Source of the DNA: Octopus sinensis
Lineage: Eukaryota
Length of the DNA stretch: 64,000 nucleotides
NCBI RefSeq assembly: GCF_006345805.1
Contig: NC_042999.1
Location: forward strand, 73,842,001-73,906,000
Reading direction: 5' to 3'
Shown here: positions 1 to 12,750 of the stretch, one piece after another
How the letters are laid out: each line of letters begins with the position of its first letter
How positions within the stretch are numbered: the stretch's first letter is position 1
Program-made: the position numbers and the translations under genes
The notes under the pieces: generated by a model
Database searches by the model: none
The model's input: the letters and a program-made list of their open reading frames with translations, nothing else
Told to the model about the DNA's origin: nothing

Positions 1-439
1 ACTGGCACATATCTAACATAGCCTCTCCCACTGAGCTACACCTATATTTCTCATCATTAATCATACAGTCACCTCTATCTCATCTAACCATCTTTCCTTG
101 TGTTCTTATGAAATTTTCTCCTCTCTCCCCTGCCCTGCCCATTCATCCAGTCTGATTCTCTGTACTACTTCACCTATATTTATCCTCACACCTGTTCCTT
201 GAGGGTATGTCCTGACACCCACCCACCACCATCTCTCTCACTCTCTCCATCTCTGTCTTTCTCTTGATGTCTCTTTCTCTCCTTTCTCCAACTGGGTTAT
301 CCTTTGTATTTCTTCTACAACAAGACACCTATTGCTATCCCTCTCTATCTTTTGATCACTCATCAACTGGCACAAAAACCCACGTTACTCAATACTGTTC
401 CCCCTCCCAGTTGAGGGAGCTTTGTCTTTTCCTCCAGGT

Positions 440-640
440 TACTTGGTGATCCCATAGGTGCTAGTACCTTGAAAAAAGCACCAAATACACTCTATAAAGT
501 GGTTGGTGTTAGAAAGGGCATCCAGTTGCAGAAACATGTCAAACAGACAATAGAGCTTAGTATGACCCTCTAGCTTGCTAGCTCTTGTCTAACTGTCCAA
601 CCCATGCCAGCATGGAAAATGAAAGTTAAATGATGATGAT
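440..640 (+). mobile_element. RTE-LINE-type 3' tail fragment (non-autonomous copy)
   Basis: ggttggtgttagaaagggcatccag ... ccaacccatgccagcatggaaaa ... taaa(tga)n; the same tail follows RTE ORF2 at 3718-5206 and 6983-9627. Confidence 0.65.
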
Positions 641-819
641 AACACTGAAGGAAAAAATAGAATCAACCATATCTCAAAGCTATCTTACTTCAGTATTTAG
701 TTACTATTTCTTAAAGCTGTTAATAGCACCTACAACATTTGGTTCTTTTTTATGCATGTTATTATTTTAATATATTAAAATTTTTTCAAACCAAGACACC
801 TGTTTCTTTGTCTTGCAAA

Positions 820-1110
820 TTCCTTGGTGCATCTGCTGGTGCTTGTGCCACATAAAAGGCATCCAGTCCACACAGTAAAGTGGTTGGTATTTGGAAAGGC
901 ATCTAGCTGAAAAAAAACATGGTAAAGCAGATCTCACTGATGCTGGTGCCATGTAAAAAGCACTCAGGCCCTTTTAAAAGGAAACGCATCTAGCTGCATA
1001 ATCCATGCCAAAACAGACAGTAGAGCTTGGTGCAGTCCTCTGGGTTGCCAACTCTGGCCAAACTGTTGAACCCATGTCAGCATCAGAAACATGTTGAATG
1101 CAGATGATGA
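820..1110 (+). mobile_element. RTE-type tail fragment with internally repeated ggcatc(c/t)ag module
   Basis: Several copies of the aaggcatccag-like module, ending in aacccatgtcagcat...gatgatga. Confidence 0.55.
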
Positions 1111-1892
1111 TTCATTTGACTTTTAGACTCCATTCACAATTTATGTCTGATTTGTAGACTTAAATAAATATTCTCTTGATTATATGTAAGACATTTACTT
1201 TATAAAACAATGTTCAAGTTTACATTATGCTGATGGTATCCAGTCCAACCTGTTTCAAAAGCCATGATGTGTCAATATTCATCAATTCTGAATAATTTTA
1301 TGTTTTTTACATAAAACCAGAGCCTAACTGTGTTTTTCTGCCTTTCTGGACTGTTATCTTTTATCTATGTGCATATTCTTTTTTGTTTATTGCAGCTCTC
1401 AGTTTTGATTTGATCTACTGCATTTAGATTTCCCATTTAGAACCACAGCTTGATTATATCACCATAAAAGTATGACAGGTTCTTCGAGAAAGCGGAACAC
1501 CCACATAATTGTTTTCCAGCCAATCAGTACCAGCTGGTATGTATCAGTCAACAGCAGCAAACCATAAAGAAACATTACGTATACTTCCTGCCAAATTATA
1601 TTTCAAAGGTTCTTGCCCAGGGTTATAAAAGTTGGTGATTTGAACTCCTGAGCAGAGCCAACTCAAATTCCTCACAGAACCATGTCACTTTGTTCTGCAA
1701 GATGTTCTTTCATCACCTTTAACTTGTCATATAATATATGCTGAAAATACATGTTTGATGTGGTAAAATTAAACTTGTGTTTAATGTTGACATACATGCA
1801 TCTAGCTTTATTTTCTGTTCTTCCTATAGTAATAATGGATACATGTCTCATAACAGATTTAACTGGAACATTCTCTTTATCTTACATATTGT

Positions 1893-2320
1893 AGCGCTAA
1901 GAGTACCATACAAGTGAGATCGTTGCCAGAGCAACAAGCTGGCCTTCGTGCCGATGGCACGTTAAATACACCATTTGAGCGTGATCGTTACTGCGTTACC
2001 TTACTAGCACTTGTACTGGTGGCACGTGAAACATTCGAGCGAGGTCATCGCCAGTGCTGCTGGACTGGCTCCTGTGCAGGTGGAACATAAAAAGCACCAT
2101 TTGGATGTGGTCGTTGCCAGTACCATCACACTGGCCCTCGTGCCGGTTGCACGTAAAAGCACCCACTACACTCTCGGAGTGGTTGTCGTTAGGAAGGGCA
2201 TCCAGCTGTAGAAACTCTACCAGATCAGATTGGAGTCTGGTTCGCCAGACCTCAGTCAAATCGTCCAACCCTTGCTAGCATGGAAAGCGGACGTTAAATG
2301 ATGATGATGATGTTGATGAT
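1893..2320 (+). mobile_element. RTE-type 3' UTR element with gtgccggtggcac-like repeats and (GAT)n tail
   Basis: Repeated ggtggcacgt(a/g)aaa modules, ggttgtcgttaggaagggcatccagctgtag, and tail gttaaatgatgatgatgatg. Confidence 0.75.
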
Positions 2321-2387
2321 TGTAAAGTTTAAAGTATTATATCCATACAGAAATATTTTTCAATTTTATATATTTTGTACATAGGTA

Positions 2388-2848
2388 CATGGTGCAGGTG
2401 TGGCTGTGTGGTAAGAAGTTTGCTTCCCAACATATTTTCAAGTTTAGTCCCACTGCGTGGTACCATGGACCAGTGTCTTCTACTATAGCCTTAAACTAAC
2501 TAGAGCTTTGGGAGTGGATTTAGTTGGTGGAAACTGAAAGAAGTCTGTTATATATCTATCTGTGTGTGTGTGAGTGTATGTTTGTGCATGCATGAGTGTG
2601 TGTGTTACTGTCTCCTACCATGACATCATGTAATAGTTATAAGCTAGTATCACTGCCATGCAAGTGGTGTCTTTCATTTCCAGTCTTCTGTGGAAACATG
2701 CTTGGTCATGGGTAAATATTACTTTGCTTGGAAACAAGTAAGGGCTGGAGACAGGAAGGGTATCTGCCTGTAAAAAACCTGCCCCAACAAATTCTGTCCA
2801 ACCCATACAAGCATGGAAAAGTGGATGCTAAAACCATGATGTTGATAA
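2388..2848 (+). mobile_element. tRNA-headed SINE (family A head) ending in an RTE-type tail
   Basis: A-box-like tggctgtgtgg and degenerate B-box at the start; 3' part ggagacaggaagggtatctgcctgtaaaaa...ccaacccatacaagcatggaaaa. Confidence 0.7.
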
Positions 2849-3717
2849 TATGTAAAATGCCACTCAAGTAAATAATATCTTTCAGAAGTTGATATATATC
2901 ATCATATATCATTTTATTTACACAATGGGTGTTGTGTGCTTGAATAGTTGAATGAAATATTTTAAGTAGACCAGCTGTCATACTTGGACAATAGAAGAAT
3001 GTCAATAACTGTTTGCTTTAGTTTTTATTGTCATTGTTTATCAGCCTGACTATCCCATCTTTTGGAAACAGAGTTTCTACAACTAGTTTGTCCCACCTAT
3101 TCTTCCTTTTAAAAGTCAACAGGATATATTTTATGAAAATTTTGGTTGCCATTTCTTGCATGTCAAATAACCATGTAAGATCTCTCTCAGCAGCTCATGT
3201 TCATTTGTGTGTGTGTATGTTATGTATGTATTTGAGTTTTATTTAAGTTCTTGAGATGGTTCAAAGCAACAAAGCATTTTAAGTAAAGAAAGTTCTTATT
3301 GTTTGTAAATATGTAGTTGAGTTGGTGTGTTGGTTGAACTGTCAATGCATACACTCAGGTGTGTGCATCTATTCACATAAGAATCTCAGACAGAATTTTT
3401 AGAATAACTTACAAAATGTTTACTATGTCACTAATAGATTGAATTTGGAGAATCTGCGTCATTTTTTTTTTTTTGCTTTCTCTGTGAAGTCAAGTATTTC
3501 TAGATTTTTGTGCTAATTTGTTGGTACATAACCTAATGCACCTATGATGATAGGTACAAACAATAATTCATAGTCAAGGTAAAAGAGCTTTAAGTTCTGC
3601 ATTAATTAACCAGAAATGTTCCCTGGACAGCTGACCTTTACAATAGTGCATGACTTTTGTTCCCTGCCCCATATGCATGCATGCATGTATGTATGTATGT
3701 ATGTATGTTTGTATGTA

Positions 3718-5206
3718 TCATCATCATCATCATCATCATCATCATCGTTTAATGTCCGTTCTCCATGTTAGCATGGGTTGGACGGTTCGACCGGGGATCT
3801 GGGAAGCCAGAAGGCTGCACCAGGCTCCAGTCTTATCTGGCAGTGTTTCTACAGCTGGATGCCCTTCCTAACGCCAACCACTCCGTGAGTGTAGTGGGTG
3901 CTTTTTATGTGCCACCTGCACAGGTGCCAGGCGAAACTGGCAACGGCCACAGTCGGATTGGTGTATTTTATGTGCCACCGGCACGGAAGCCAGTCGAGGC
4001 GGCGCTGGCATCGGCCACGATTCGGATAGTGCTTTTTATGTACCACCATTCCAGGGGTCCTGGCATCTGCCGGATGCCAGTCATAGGATTGGTTCAATTT
4101 CAATTCCGATTTCGATTTCACTTGCCCCAACAGGTCTTCACAAGCAAAGTGGGGTTGGCATGGGTGCCTGTCGTCGGATGAGGTTCGATATCGACTTTGC
4201 TTGCCTCCACAGGTCTTTGTGTGTCCAAGGGGGAAAGGCATGCATAAGTAGGCTGGACTCACTTGTCCTGCCTGGTCTTCTCACGCACAGCATATTTCCA
4301 ATGGTCTCGGTCGCTGGTCATTTCCTCAGTGAGGCCTAAAGTTCGAAGGTTGTGCTTCACCACCTCGTCCCAGGTTTTCCTGGGTCTACCTCTTCCATGG
4401 GTTCCCTCAACTGTTAGGGATTGGCACTTTTTCACACACCTATCTTCATCCATTCTCGCCACATGACCATACCAGCACAATCGTCTCTCTTGCATACCAC
4501 AACTGATGCTTCTTAGGTCCAACATTTCTCTCAAGGTATTAACGCTCTGTCGAGTATGCACACTGACATTACACATCCATCGGAGCATACTGGATTTATT
4601 TCTCGCGAGCTTACGCATGTCCTCAGCAGTCACGGCCCATGTTTCACTGCCATGTAGCATGGCTGTTCGTACACATGCATCATACAGTCTGCCTTTTACT
4701 CTGAGCGAGAGGCCTTTAGTCACCAGCGGAGGTAAGAGCTCCCTGAACTTTGCCCAGGCTATTCTTACTCTAGTAGTTACACTTTCAGCGCACCCACCCC
4801 CACTACTGACTTGGTCACCTAGATTACGGAAGCTATCAACTACTTCTAGTTTTTCCCCCTGGAAAGCGACGTAAGTTGTTTTCTGCAGATTTTCAGAGTT
4901 TATTGCTCCTGAGCATCTGCCACATACAAAAACTATCTTCCCAGTTAGCCTTCCTTTGACATTGCTTCACCTCTTATGTGTCCATAGTTTACACTGGGTA
5001 CATCTTACAGAGTTTCTACCTACACCTTTTCTACAGATCGAGCAGGGCCATCTTCCTGAATACATTTGTGGTTTGTCTACCTTCCTACTTATTAGTACTT
5101 TGGTTTTAGCTAGGTTGACTCTAAGGCCCCTCGATTCTAATCCCTCCTTCCACACCTGGAACTTCTCCAGTTCTGATAGTGACTCAGCAATTAGAGCAAG
5201 GTCATC
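3718..5206 (-). mobile_element. 5'-truncated RTE-clade LINE (RT C-terminal half, ORF2 end, 3' UTR, (GAT)n tail)
   Basis: ORFs 4967-5266 (DDLALIAESL...GLRVNLAKTK) and 4259-4723 (LSLRVKGRLYDACVRTAMLHGSETW...GRGRPRKTW); truncation falls at the DD of the YADD motif (5201-5206); (CAT)n at 3718-3746. Confidence 0.9.
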
Positions 5207-5267
5207 ATGTATGTATGTATGTATGAATGTATGTATGTATGTATGTATGTGTGTGTGTGTTACCATT

Positions 5268-5545
5268 ATTTAGTTCTATTTAAAATTTTCTTGCCAATAA
5301 AGAGCCAGTTTCTAACCAAGATCCAAGGTTTCTTCATTGGAATTTCAACATCAACAGGGTATTAGTGCATGTGTGTGTGCAGAATGTGGAGTCTGTGCAC
5401 GTGTAAATTTGTATGTTTTGTTAAAAATATATGTATTCTCATGCATATAGTTGCATGTCTAGATATGTGCATATATACTTAAATGATAAACTTCTGGAAA
5501 ATCTTACAAACTTTTATAGTTCCATTGATAGCTTGAATTTTTAGT
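5268..5545 (+). repeat. Dispersed repeat, copy 1 of a pair
   Basis: Matches 5760-6045 (tttctaacc(a/t)agatccaagg..cttcattggaatttcaa; tattctcatgcatatagttgcatgtctaga; tatatacttaaatgataaacttctggaaa). Confidence 0.8.
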
Positions 5546-5759
5546 CTTCAAATTAGCTTTCTCCTTTCTAGTTGTGAGAAGCTTAATTTCTCACAATTGG
5601 TACTTAGGCAGTGTGTTATATATCCCAGTGCTCCAGAAATTACAGGTATAAACCTGAACTTGTAATCCAAGTAGAGTAACTAAGTTTCTTGATAGTCCAG
5701 GGTAGGTGTTTTCATTTTTACCTTTATGTTTGTCTGTCTGTCTGTCAGTCAGTCAGTCT

Positions 5760-6045
5760 TTATTCAGTTTTTTTTTCAAGATTTTTTGCCAATAGCAAAA
5801 GAGTCGGTTTCTAACCTAGATCCAAGGCTCCTTCATTGGAATTTCAATAATACCAACAGGATATTTTTGTATGAATGTATGTATATGTGCAGATTTGTAT
5901 GCTTTGTTTTATATATGTATTCTCATGCATATAGTTGCATGTCTAGACATGCTCATATATACTTAAATGATAAACTTCTGGAAAGTTTCACAGATTTTTA
6001 CCATTCCAGTGATGGCTTGGTTCTGTAGTTTTCGAATCAGCTTTC
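5760..6045 (+). repeat. Dispersed repeat, copy 2 of a pair
   Basis: Direct-orientation match to 5268-5545. Confidence 0.8.
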
Positions 6046-6894
6046 TCCTTTCTGTCTCTGTGTGTGTGAGAGAGAGAGAGAGAGAGAGCATACGTGCGTG
6101 GGTTTGGGTAGGTGGGTGCTTTGCAGAGATTAATGTATGCATAATATATAGTTGAATAGGCAATATATGCCCACCACCCACTGTTGTTAAATGACTAAAA
6201 CAACTGATAAGAAAACCCAATAAGTCTGTTAATCAGAAAATGGCCTGGCATGTCTATATCAATAGCCTTTCTGGCAACATTTTATCTCCTGTCTGTTAAA
6301 TGTTAATTTTGCCCATGTGATGCCAAATCTAAACTGCTTCTCTAAGTTAGTGTAGTCACTAACCATCTCCATAATGATGAAGTCTGTCAAGTTTTTAATC
6401 CAGAAATGTTACATATAAAAGTTGCATGTCTCTGATGAGTCAACATTATGCCTTGATTATTCAATTTATAATAACTACCTCATGTTAATGAAATGTAAGA
6501 TGGTATAACTAAATTTGTTATAAGCAATCTCTCATGTTTTGTTTTGTTTCCTACATGTATTCTAAGTAACATTTAAACCTGGGTCTCTTAACAAAGGATA
6601 CAGTTGTGAAACATAAACTGAAATAAACATGGAGTTCTAAGTACTGGTTATTTGTTGCACAATTTAAGTTTTAAATTGTATTAGATGAACCAACAACTAT
6701 ACGTTGTAAACTCTCATCTGTCTCAGCAATATTGGAAAGGAATAACATGACAGGTTTCTTTCAGATTCCATTGACCAAATTCATTCACTGAGTTTATAGC
6801 AGGATACACCTGCCCAAGGTGCTACATGTTAGATTTGAATCTGGAATCATGTAGTCAGGAGGCAAACATCTTACCACATAACCATGTCTGTGCC

Positions 6895-6982
<88 letters not shown>

Positions 6983-6983
<1 letters not shown>

Positions 6984-9627
6984 CAGTTGAGGGAACCTGT
7001 GGAAGAGGTAGACCCAGGAAAACCTGGGACGAGGTGGTGAAGCACGACCTTCGAACTTTAGGTCTCACTAAGGAAATGTCTAGAGACCGAGACCTATGCA
7101 ACAGTATGCTGTGCGTGAGAAGACCCGGCAAGACTAGTCAGGCCATAACCCGTGGCCCCTACCTGGACGTAGTCAGTCCTCCTGTGCATACCTTCCTTCT
7201 TGTGACACTTATGAAGACCTGTTGAGGCAAGTGAAAATCAAATCAAAACAAATCAAAATGATGAACATCAGTGGAATTGTATTCTTTGTGGTACCAGTGC
7301 CGGTGGCACACAAGAAAACCACCCAAACGTGGCCGTAGCCAGTACCGCATCGACTGGCCTCCGTGCTGTGGGCACAACAAACACCATCCGGTCGTGGCCG
7401 TTCGCCAGCCTCATCTGGCACCTGTGTCGGTGGCACATAAAGACACCATCCGAAGACCCGCGCGACGTAGTCAGTCCACCTGTGCATACCTTCCCTCTTA
7501 TGACACTTGTGAAGACCTGTTGAGGCAAGTGTGTGACACTGTGAAGACCTGTTGAGGCAGTGTGTGACACTGTGTGAAGACCTGTGAGGCAGAGGCAAGT
7601 GTGTGACACTTGTGGAGACCTGTTGAGGCAAGTGTGTGACACTTGTGAAGACCTGTTGAGGCAAGTGAAAATCAAACCAAATCAAAATAGATGAACATCA
7701 ATGGAATTTGTATCTTGTGGTTCCAGTACCGGTGGCACACAAGAAAACCATCCGAACATGGCCGTAGCCAGTACCGCATCGACTGGCCTCCGTGCTGTGG
7801 GCACAACAAACACCATCTGATCGTGGCCGTTCGCCAGCCTCATCTGGCACCTGTGTCGGTGGCACATAAAAACACCATCCGAAGACCCGGCGACGTAGTC
7901 AGTTCACCTGTGCATACCTTCCCTCTTATGACACTTGTGAAGACCTGTTGAGGCAAGTGTGTGACACTTGTGAAGACCTGTTGAGGCAGAGGCAAGTGTG
8001 TGACACTTGTGAAGACCTGTTGAGGCAGAGGCAAGTGTGTGACACTTGTGGAGACCTGTTGAGGCAAGTGTGTGACACGTGTGACACTTGTGAAGACCTG
8101 TTGAGGCAAGTGAAAATCAAACCAAATCAAAATAGATGAACATCAATGGAATTTGTATCTTGTGGTTCCAGTACCGTGGCACACAAGAAAACCATCCGAA
8201 CGTGGCTGTAGCCAGTACCGCATCGACTGGCCTCCGTGCTGTGGGCACAACAAACACCATCTGATCGTGGCCGTTCGCCAGCCTCATCTGGCACCTGTGT
8301 CGGTGGCACATAAAAACACCATCCGAAGACCCGGCGACGTAGTCAGTCCACCTGTGCATACCTTCCTACTTATGACACTTGTGAAGACCTGTTGAGGCAA
8401 GTGTGTGACACTTGTGTAGACCTGTTGAGGCAAGTGAAAATCAAATCAAATCAAATCAAACCAAATCAAAATAGATGAACATCAATGGAATTTGTATCTT
8501 TGTGGTACCAGTACCGGTGGCACACAAGAAAACCATCCGAACGTGGCCGTAGCCAGTACCGCATCGACTGGCCTCTGTGATGTGGGCACATAACAAACAC
8601 CATCCGATCGTGGCCGTTCGCCAGCCTCATCTGGCACCAGCCTCATCTGGCACATAAAAACACCAACCGAAGACCCGGCAAGACTAGACAGGCCATAACC
8701 CATGGCCCCTACTTGGGACGTAGTCAGTCCACCTGTGCATACCTTCCTTCCTTCTTGTGACACTTGTGAAGACCTGTGAAGACCTGTTGAGGCAAGTGAA
8801 AATCAAATCAAATCAAATCAAAATAGATGAACATCAATGGAATTTGTATCTTTGTGGTACCAGTGCCGGTGGCACACAAGAAAACCATCCGAACGTGGCC
8901 GTAGCCAGTACCGCATCGACTGGCCTCCGTGCTGTGGGCACGTAACAAACACCATCCGATCGTGGGCGTTCGCCAGCCTCATCTGGCACCTGTGTCGATG
9001 GCACATAAAAACACCATCCGAAGACCTGGCAAGACTAGTCAGGCCATAACCCGTGGCCCCTACCTGGGACGTAGTCAGTCCACCTGTGCATACCTTCCTT
9101 CTTGTGACACTTGTGAAGACCTGTTGAGGCAAGTGAAAATCAAATCAAAATAGATGAACATCAATGGAATTTGTATCTTTGTGGTACCAGTGCCGGTGGC
9201 ACACAAGAAAATCATCCGAACGTGGCCGTAGCCAGTACCGCATAGACTAGCCTCCGTGCTTTGGGGACGTAACAAACACCATCCGATCGTGGCCGTCCGC
9301 CAGCCTCATCTGGCACCTGTGTCGGTGGCACATAAAAACACTATCCGAGCGTGGTCGTCTGCCAGCCTCGTCTGGCACCTGTGTCGGTGGCACATAAAAA
9401 CACCATCCGAGCGTGGCCGTTCGCCAGCCTCGTCTGGCACCTGTGTCGGTGGCACATAAAATCACCCACTACACTCTCAGAGTGGTTGGCGTTAGGAAGG
9501 GCATCCAGCTGTAGAAACACTGCCAGATCTGACTGGCCTGGTGCAGCCTTCGGGCTCCCCAGACCCCAGTTGAACCGTCCAACCCATGCTAGCATGGAAA
9601 ACGGACGCTAAATGATGATGATGATGA
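6983..9627 (+). mobile_element. RTE-LINE 3' end whose 3' UTR is amplified into six tandem units
   Basis: Starts with the ORF2 end (AVEGTCGRGRPRKTWDEVVKHDLRTLGLT); the anchor gacgtagtcagt recurs at 7166, 7464, 7892, 8336, 8717 and 9068; a single tail ggaaaacggacgctaaa(tga)n ends at 9627. Confidence 0.9.
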
Positions 9628-9649
9628 TATATATATATATATATATATA

Positions 9650-10645
9650 GGCTGGGCAAAGTTCAGAGAGCTCCTACTCCTGCTGGCAACAAAGGGCATC
9701 TCTCACAGAGTGAAAGTGTTTAATGCCCATGTGCAAACAGCTCTGCTACATGGCAGAGAAACATGAGCTGTAACAGCCAAGGATATGCGTAGGATTGAAA
9801 GAAATGAGGCTGGATGTGCAATGTCAGTGTGCATGTTTGTCAGAGTGTAAGCATCTTGAGAGAAAAGTTAAGCATAAGAGGTATCAGATGTGGTGTGCAA
9901 GAAAGACAACTATGCTGGTATAGTGATGAGATGCATATGAATGAGGACAGCTGTGTAAAGAAGTGCTGATCTCTAACTATGGAGGGAACTTGTGGTAAAA
10001 GTAGACCCAGGAAGACATGGGACGATGTGGTGGAGTATGATCTTTAAACTTTGAACCTCACAGAGGCAATGACTAGTAACTGAGACCTTTGGCAATGTGC
10101 TACACTTGAGAGGACCTGGCAAGCCAAGTGCACCCATGCTGGTGTCACATAAAGAACACCTTTAAAACATTGGGCCTCACAGAGGCAAAGTGACTGAGTT
10201 CCTTTCGAGCACTGGGCCTCATGGAGGCAAAGTGGCTGAATTCCTTTTGAGCGTTGAGCATCACAGAGGCAAAGTAGCTGAGTTCCTTTCGAGTGTTGGT
10301 CCTCATGAAAGCAATGACCAAGACCTTTGACATTATGTTATGCTTGAGAAGACCCATCAAGCTGAGCAAAATTATGGTCATGGCAGATACTAGTATCACA
10401 CAAATTGGCACCTGTGCTGGTGGCACATAAAAGTACCCCAGTGTCATACAAATGGCACCCATGCTGGTAACACATAAAATCCCCCATTACACTCTTGGGG
10501 TAGTTGGTATGAGGAAGGGCATCCAGCTGAACAAAACCATAACAAATCAGACTTGACTCTGATGCAGCCTTCAAGTATGCCAGTCCGGTGAAACCATCAA
10601 ATCTATGCCAGCATGGACAACGGACATTAAGTGATGATGATGATA
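9650..10645 (+). mobile_element. Degenerate RTE-LINE ORF2 C-terminus plus tail, containing a 42-bp minisatellite
   Basis: Diverged copy of the GSETW...GRPRKTW region; 42-bp unit starts at 10171, 10213, 10255 and 10297; tail gacattaagtgatgatgat. Confidence 0.75.
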
Positions 10646-10873
10646 TATTTATTGTTTTATTCTTTTACTTGTTTCAATCATTTGACTGCAGCCATGCTGA
10701 AGAACTGCCTTAAAAGGTTTCTTAGTCGAAGAAATTGACGTCATGACTTACTCTTTGTATGTACTTATTCTATTGATCTCTTTTGTTGATCCACTAAGTT
10801 ACAGGGACGTAAACACACCAATATCAGTTGTCAAGCGATGGTAGAGGGACAAACATAGACATAAAGACACACA

Positions 10874-10905
<32 letters not shown>

Positions 10906-11069
10906 ATTATATTAAGGGAGAAAGTTGAAAATTAACTTATCTCCTCCATACTGAATTAATGTCTAAAACATTACGAAGCTACCAAGAAATGTAATGTTTT
11001 AGGCATTAATTCCGTATGGAGGAGATAAGTCATGTTTCAACTTTCTCCCTTAATATAATTATATATATA

Positions 11070-11100
<31 letters not shown>

Positions 11101-11240
11101 ATCATTAATTTGATATATAAATTGCTTATTTCCATGCTGACTATGTGATAATTATCATTAATGTGATTTTTATCCTTATTTTATGTATGTATATATATAT
11201 ATATGTATACACACACACACAAACACACATATATATATAT

Positions 11241-11686
11241 GGTGCTTTTACATGCCACCGACACGGGGCCAGACAGAGCTGGCAAACGTCCACGAACGGA
11301 TGGTGCTTTTCCGTGCCGGTGACACGTAAAAGCACCATCCATTCGTGGCCGTTTGCCAGCTCTGTCTAGCCCCATGTCGGTGGCACGTAAAAGCACAATC
11401 CGTTCGTGTCCGTTACCAGCATCGCCTGGCCCCGTGCCGGTGACACGTAAAAGCACCATATGTTCGTGGCCGTTTGCCAGCTCTGTCTGGCACCTGTGCA
11501 GGTGGCACGTAAAAAGCACCCGCTACACTCACGGAGTGGTTGGCGTTAGGAAGGGCATCCAGCCGTAGAAACACTGCCAGATCTGACTGGGCCTGACGAA
11601 GCCTTCCAGCTTCACAGACCCCAGTTGAACCGTCCAACCCATGCTAGCATGGAAAGCGGACGCTAAATGATGATGATGATGATGAT
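11241..11686 (+). mobile_element. RTE-type 3' UTR element, little diverged
   Basis: Repeated gtgccggtgacacgtaaaagcacc modules, ggttggcgttaggaagggcatccagccgtag, and (TGA)n tail; 3' part nearly identical to 9470-9627. Confidence 0.8.
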
Positions 11687-11687
11687 G

Positions 11688-11845
11688 GGCGTCTTTCAGT
11701 TTCTGTCTACCAAATACACTCGCAAGACTTTGGTCAGCCTGCGGCTATAGTAGAAGACACTTGCCCAAGGTGCCACACAGTGGGATTCAACCTGGAACTA
11801 TGTGGTTGGGAAGCAAGCTTCTTACCACACAGACAGCTGCACCTA
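11688..11845 (-). mobile_element. SINE family A head (tRNA-derived)
   Basis: Reverse complement of gctgtctgtgtggtaagaagcttgcttcccaaccac...gttgaatcccactgtgtggcaccttgggcaagtgtcttctactatag. Confidence 0.75.
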
Positions 11846-12137
11846 TACATATATATATGGGGTAAAATTTCTACTAGATGGAGAGTGACCTGGTGGTGGA
11901 ACAGTGAGATAGGTGGGGCCATAATAGTAAAGAGTCAGGCTTGGAAAGACTGGAGAATTGGAAGCAGTAAAGAGCTATATCAGGCAGCCAAGAGTGAAGC
12001 TAGTTAACAGATTTATCAACCAGTGGGGAAACAAAGGAAGAGGTTTGCCAATGTCATACAGCATGAAGATCAGAGGTGTTCAGGATTGCTAGACAGTGTG
12101 TCAGAGAGAATTGAGGTGTTGTGGGAGAGAAGTGTGT

Positions 12138-12352
12138 CATCATCATCGTTATTTAACGTCTGCTTTCCATGCTAGCATGGGTTGGCCGATTTGACTGAGG
12201 ACTGGCCAACCAGATGGCTGCACCAGGCTCCAATCTTGATCTGGCAGAGTTTTACAGCTGGATGCCCTTCCTAACGCTAACCACTCCGAGAGTGTAGTGG
12301 GTGCTTTTACATGCCAGTGGCACAAGGGGCAGTCAGGCGGTACTGGCAACTG
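12138..12352 (-). mobile_element. RTE-type tail fragment
   Basis: (cat)n-ttatttaacgtc...gctggatgcccttcctaacgctaaccactcc. Confidence 0.7.
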
Positions 12353-12529
12353 TCATGGAAAATCATATTTTTTTTATATGCTTGCACTCAGTGACTCTGA
12401 AAAAAAAAAGAGGTGTGGACGGGCTATTAAATAAGGAGAATGAATGGGAGAAAGAGAACCTCCTCTATGTGAACCCAACAGAGTTGACAGCAGTATGATA
12501 GATAAGGTATGAAGACAGAGGAAGCCCCT

Positions 12530-12750
12530 GGCTTATCAGGAGTCACTGATGAGATGTTTAAGATATCTGGTGCAATAGGCTTAGTCATCTGAATAGTTAA
12601 TCAGGTTATTCAGGAAGGTGTCATCCCTAGTGAATGGTGTAGCAGTATTATAGTCAGCTGCCACAAGAGTAAGGGAGATGCCTTAGATAGAGGTAATTAC
12701 AGAGGCATCAAATTGCTGGACCAGGTCATGAAAGTGACAGAAAGAGTATA
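12530..12750 (+). pseudogene. RTE-clade reverse transcriptase N-terminal fragment
   Basis: Manual translation ...VIQEGVIPSEWCSSIIVSCHKSKGDALDRGNYRGIKLLDQVMKVTERV (NYRGI motif). Confidence 0.8.

Noticed and set aside
1520-1536. 17-nt micro-exon candidate (ttttccag ... gtatgt)
   Set aside because: Not frame-preserving and no partner exons were identified.
6432-6438. CTGATGA hammerhead box (also at 12546 and 60842)
   Set aside because: No stem II followed by GAAA downstream.
7166-9460. CRISPR-like regular repeats
   Set aside because: The units are 300-440 bp with no unique spacers, lie inside a LINE 3' UTR, and have no cas genes nearby; the context is eukaryotic.
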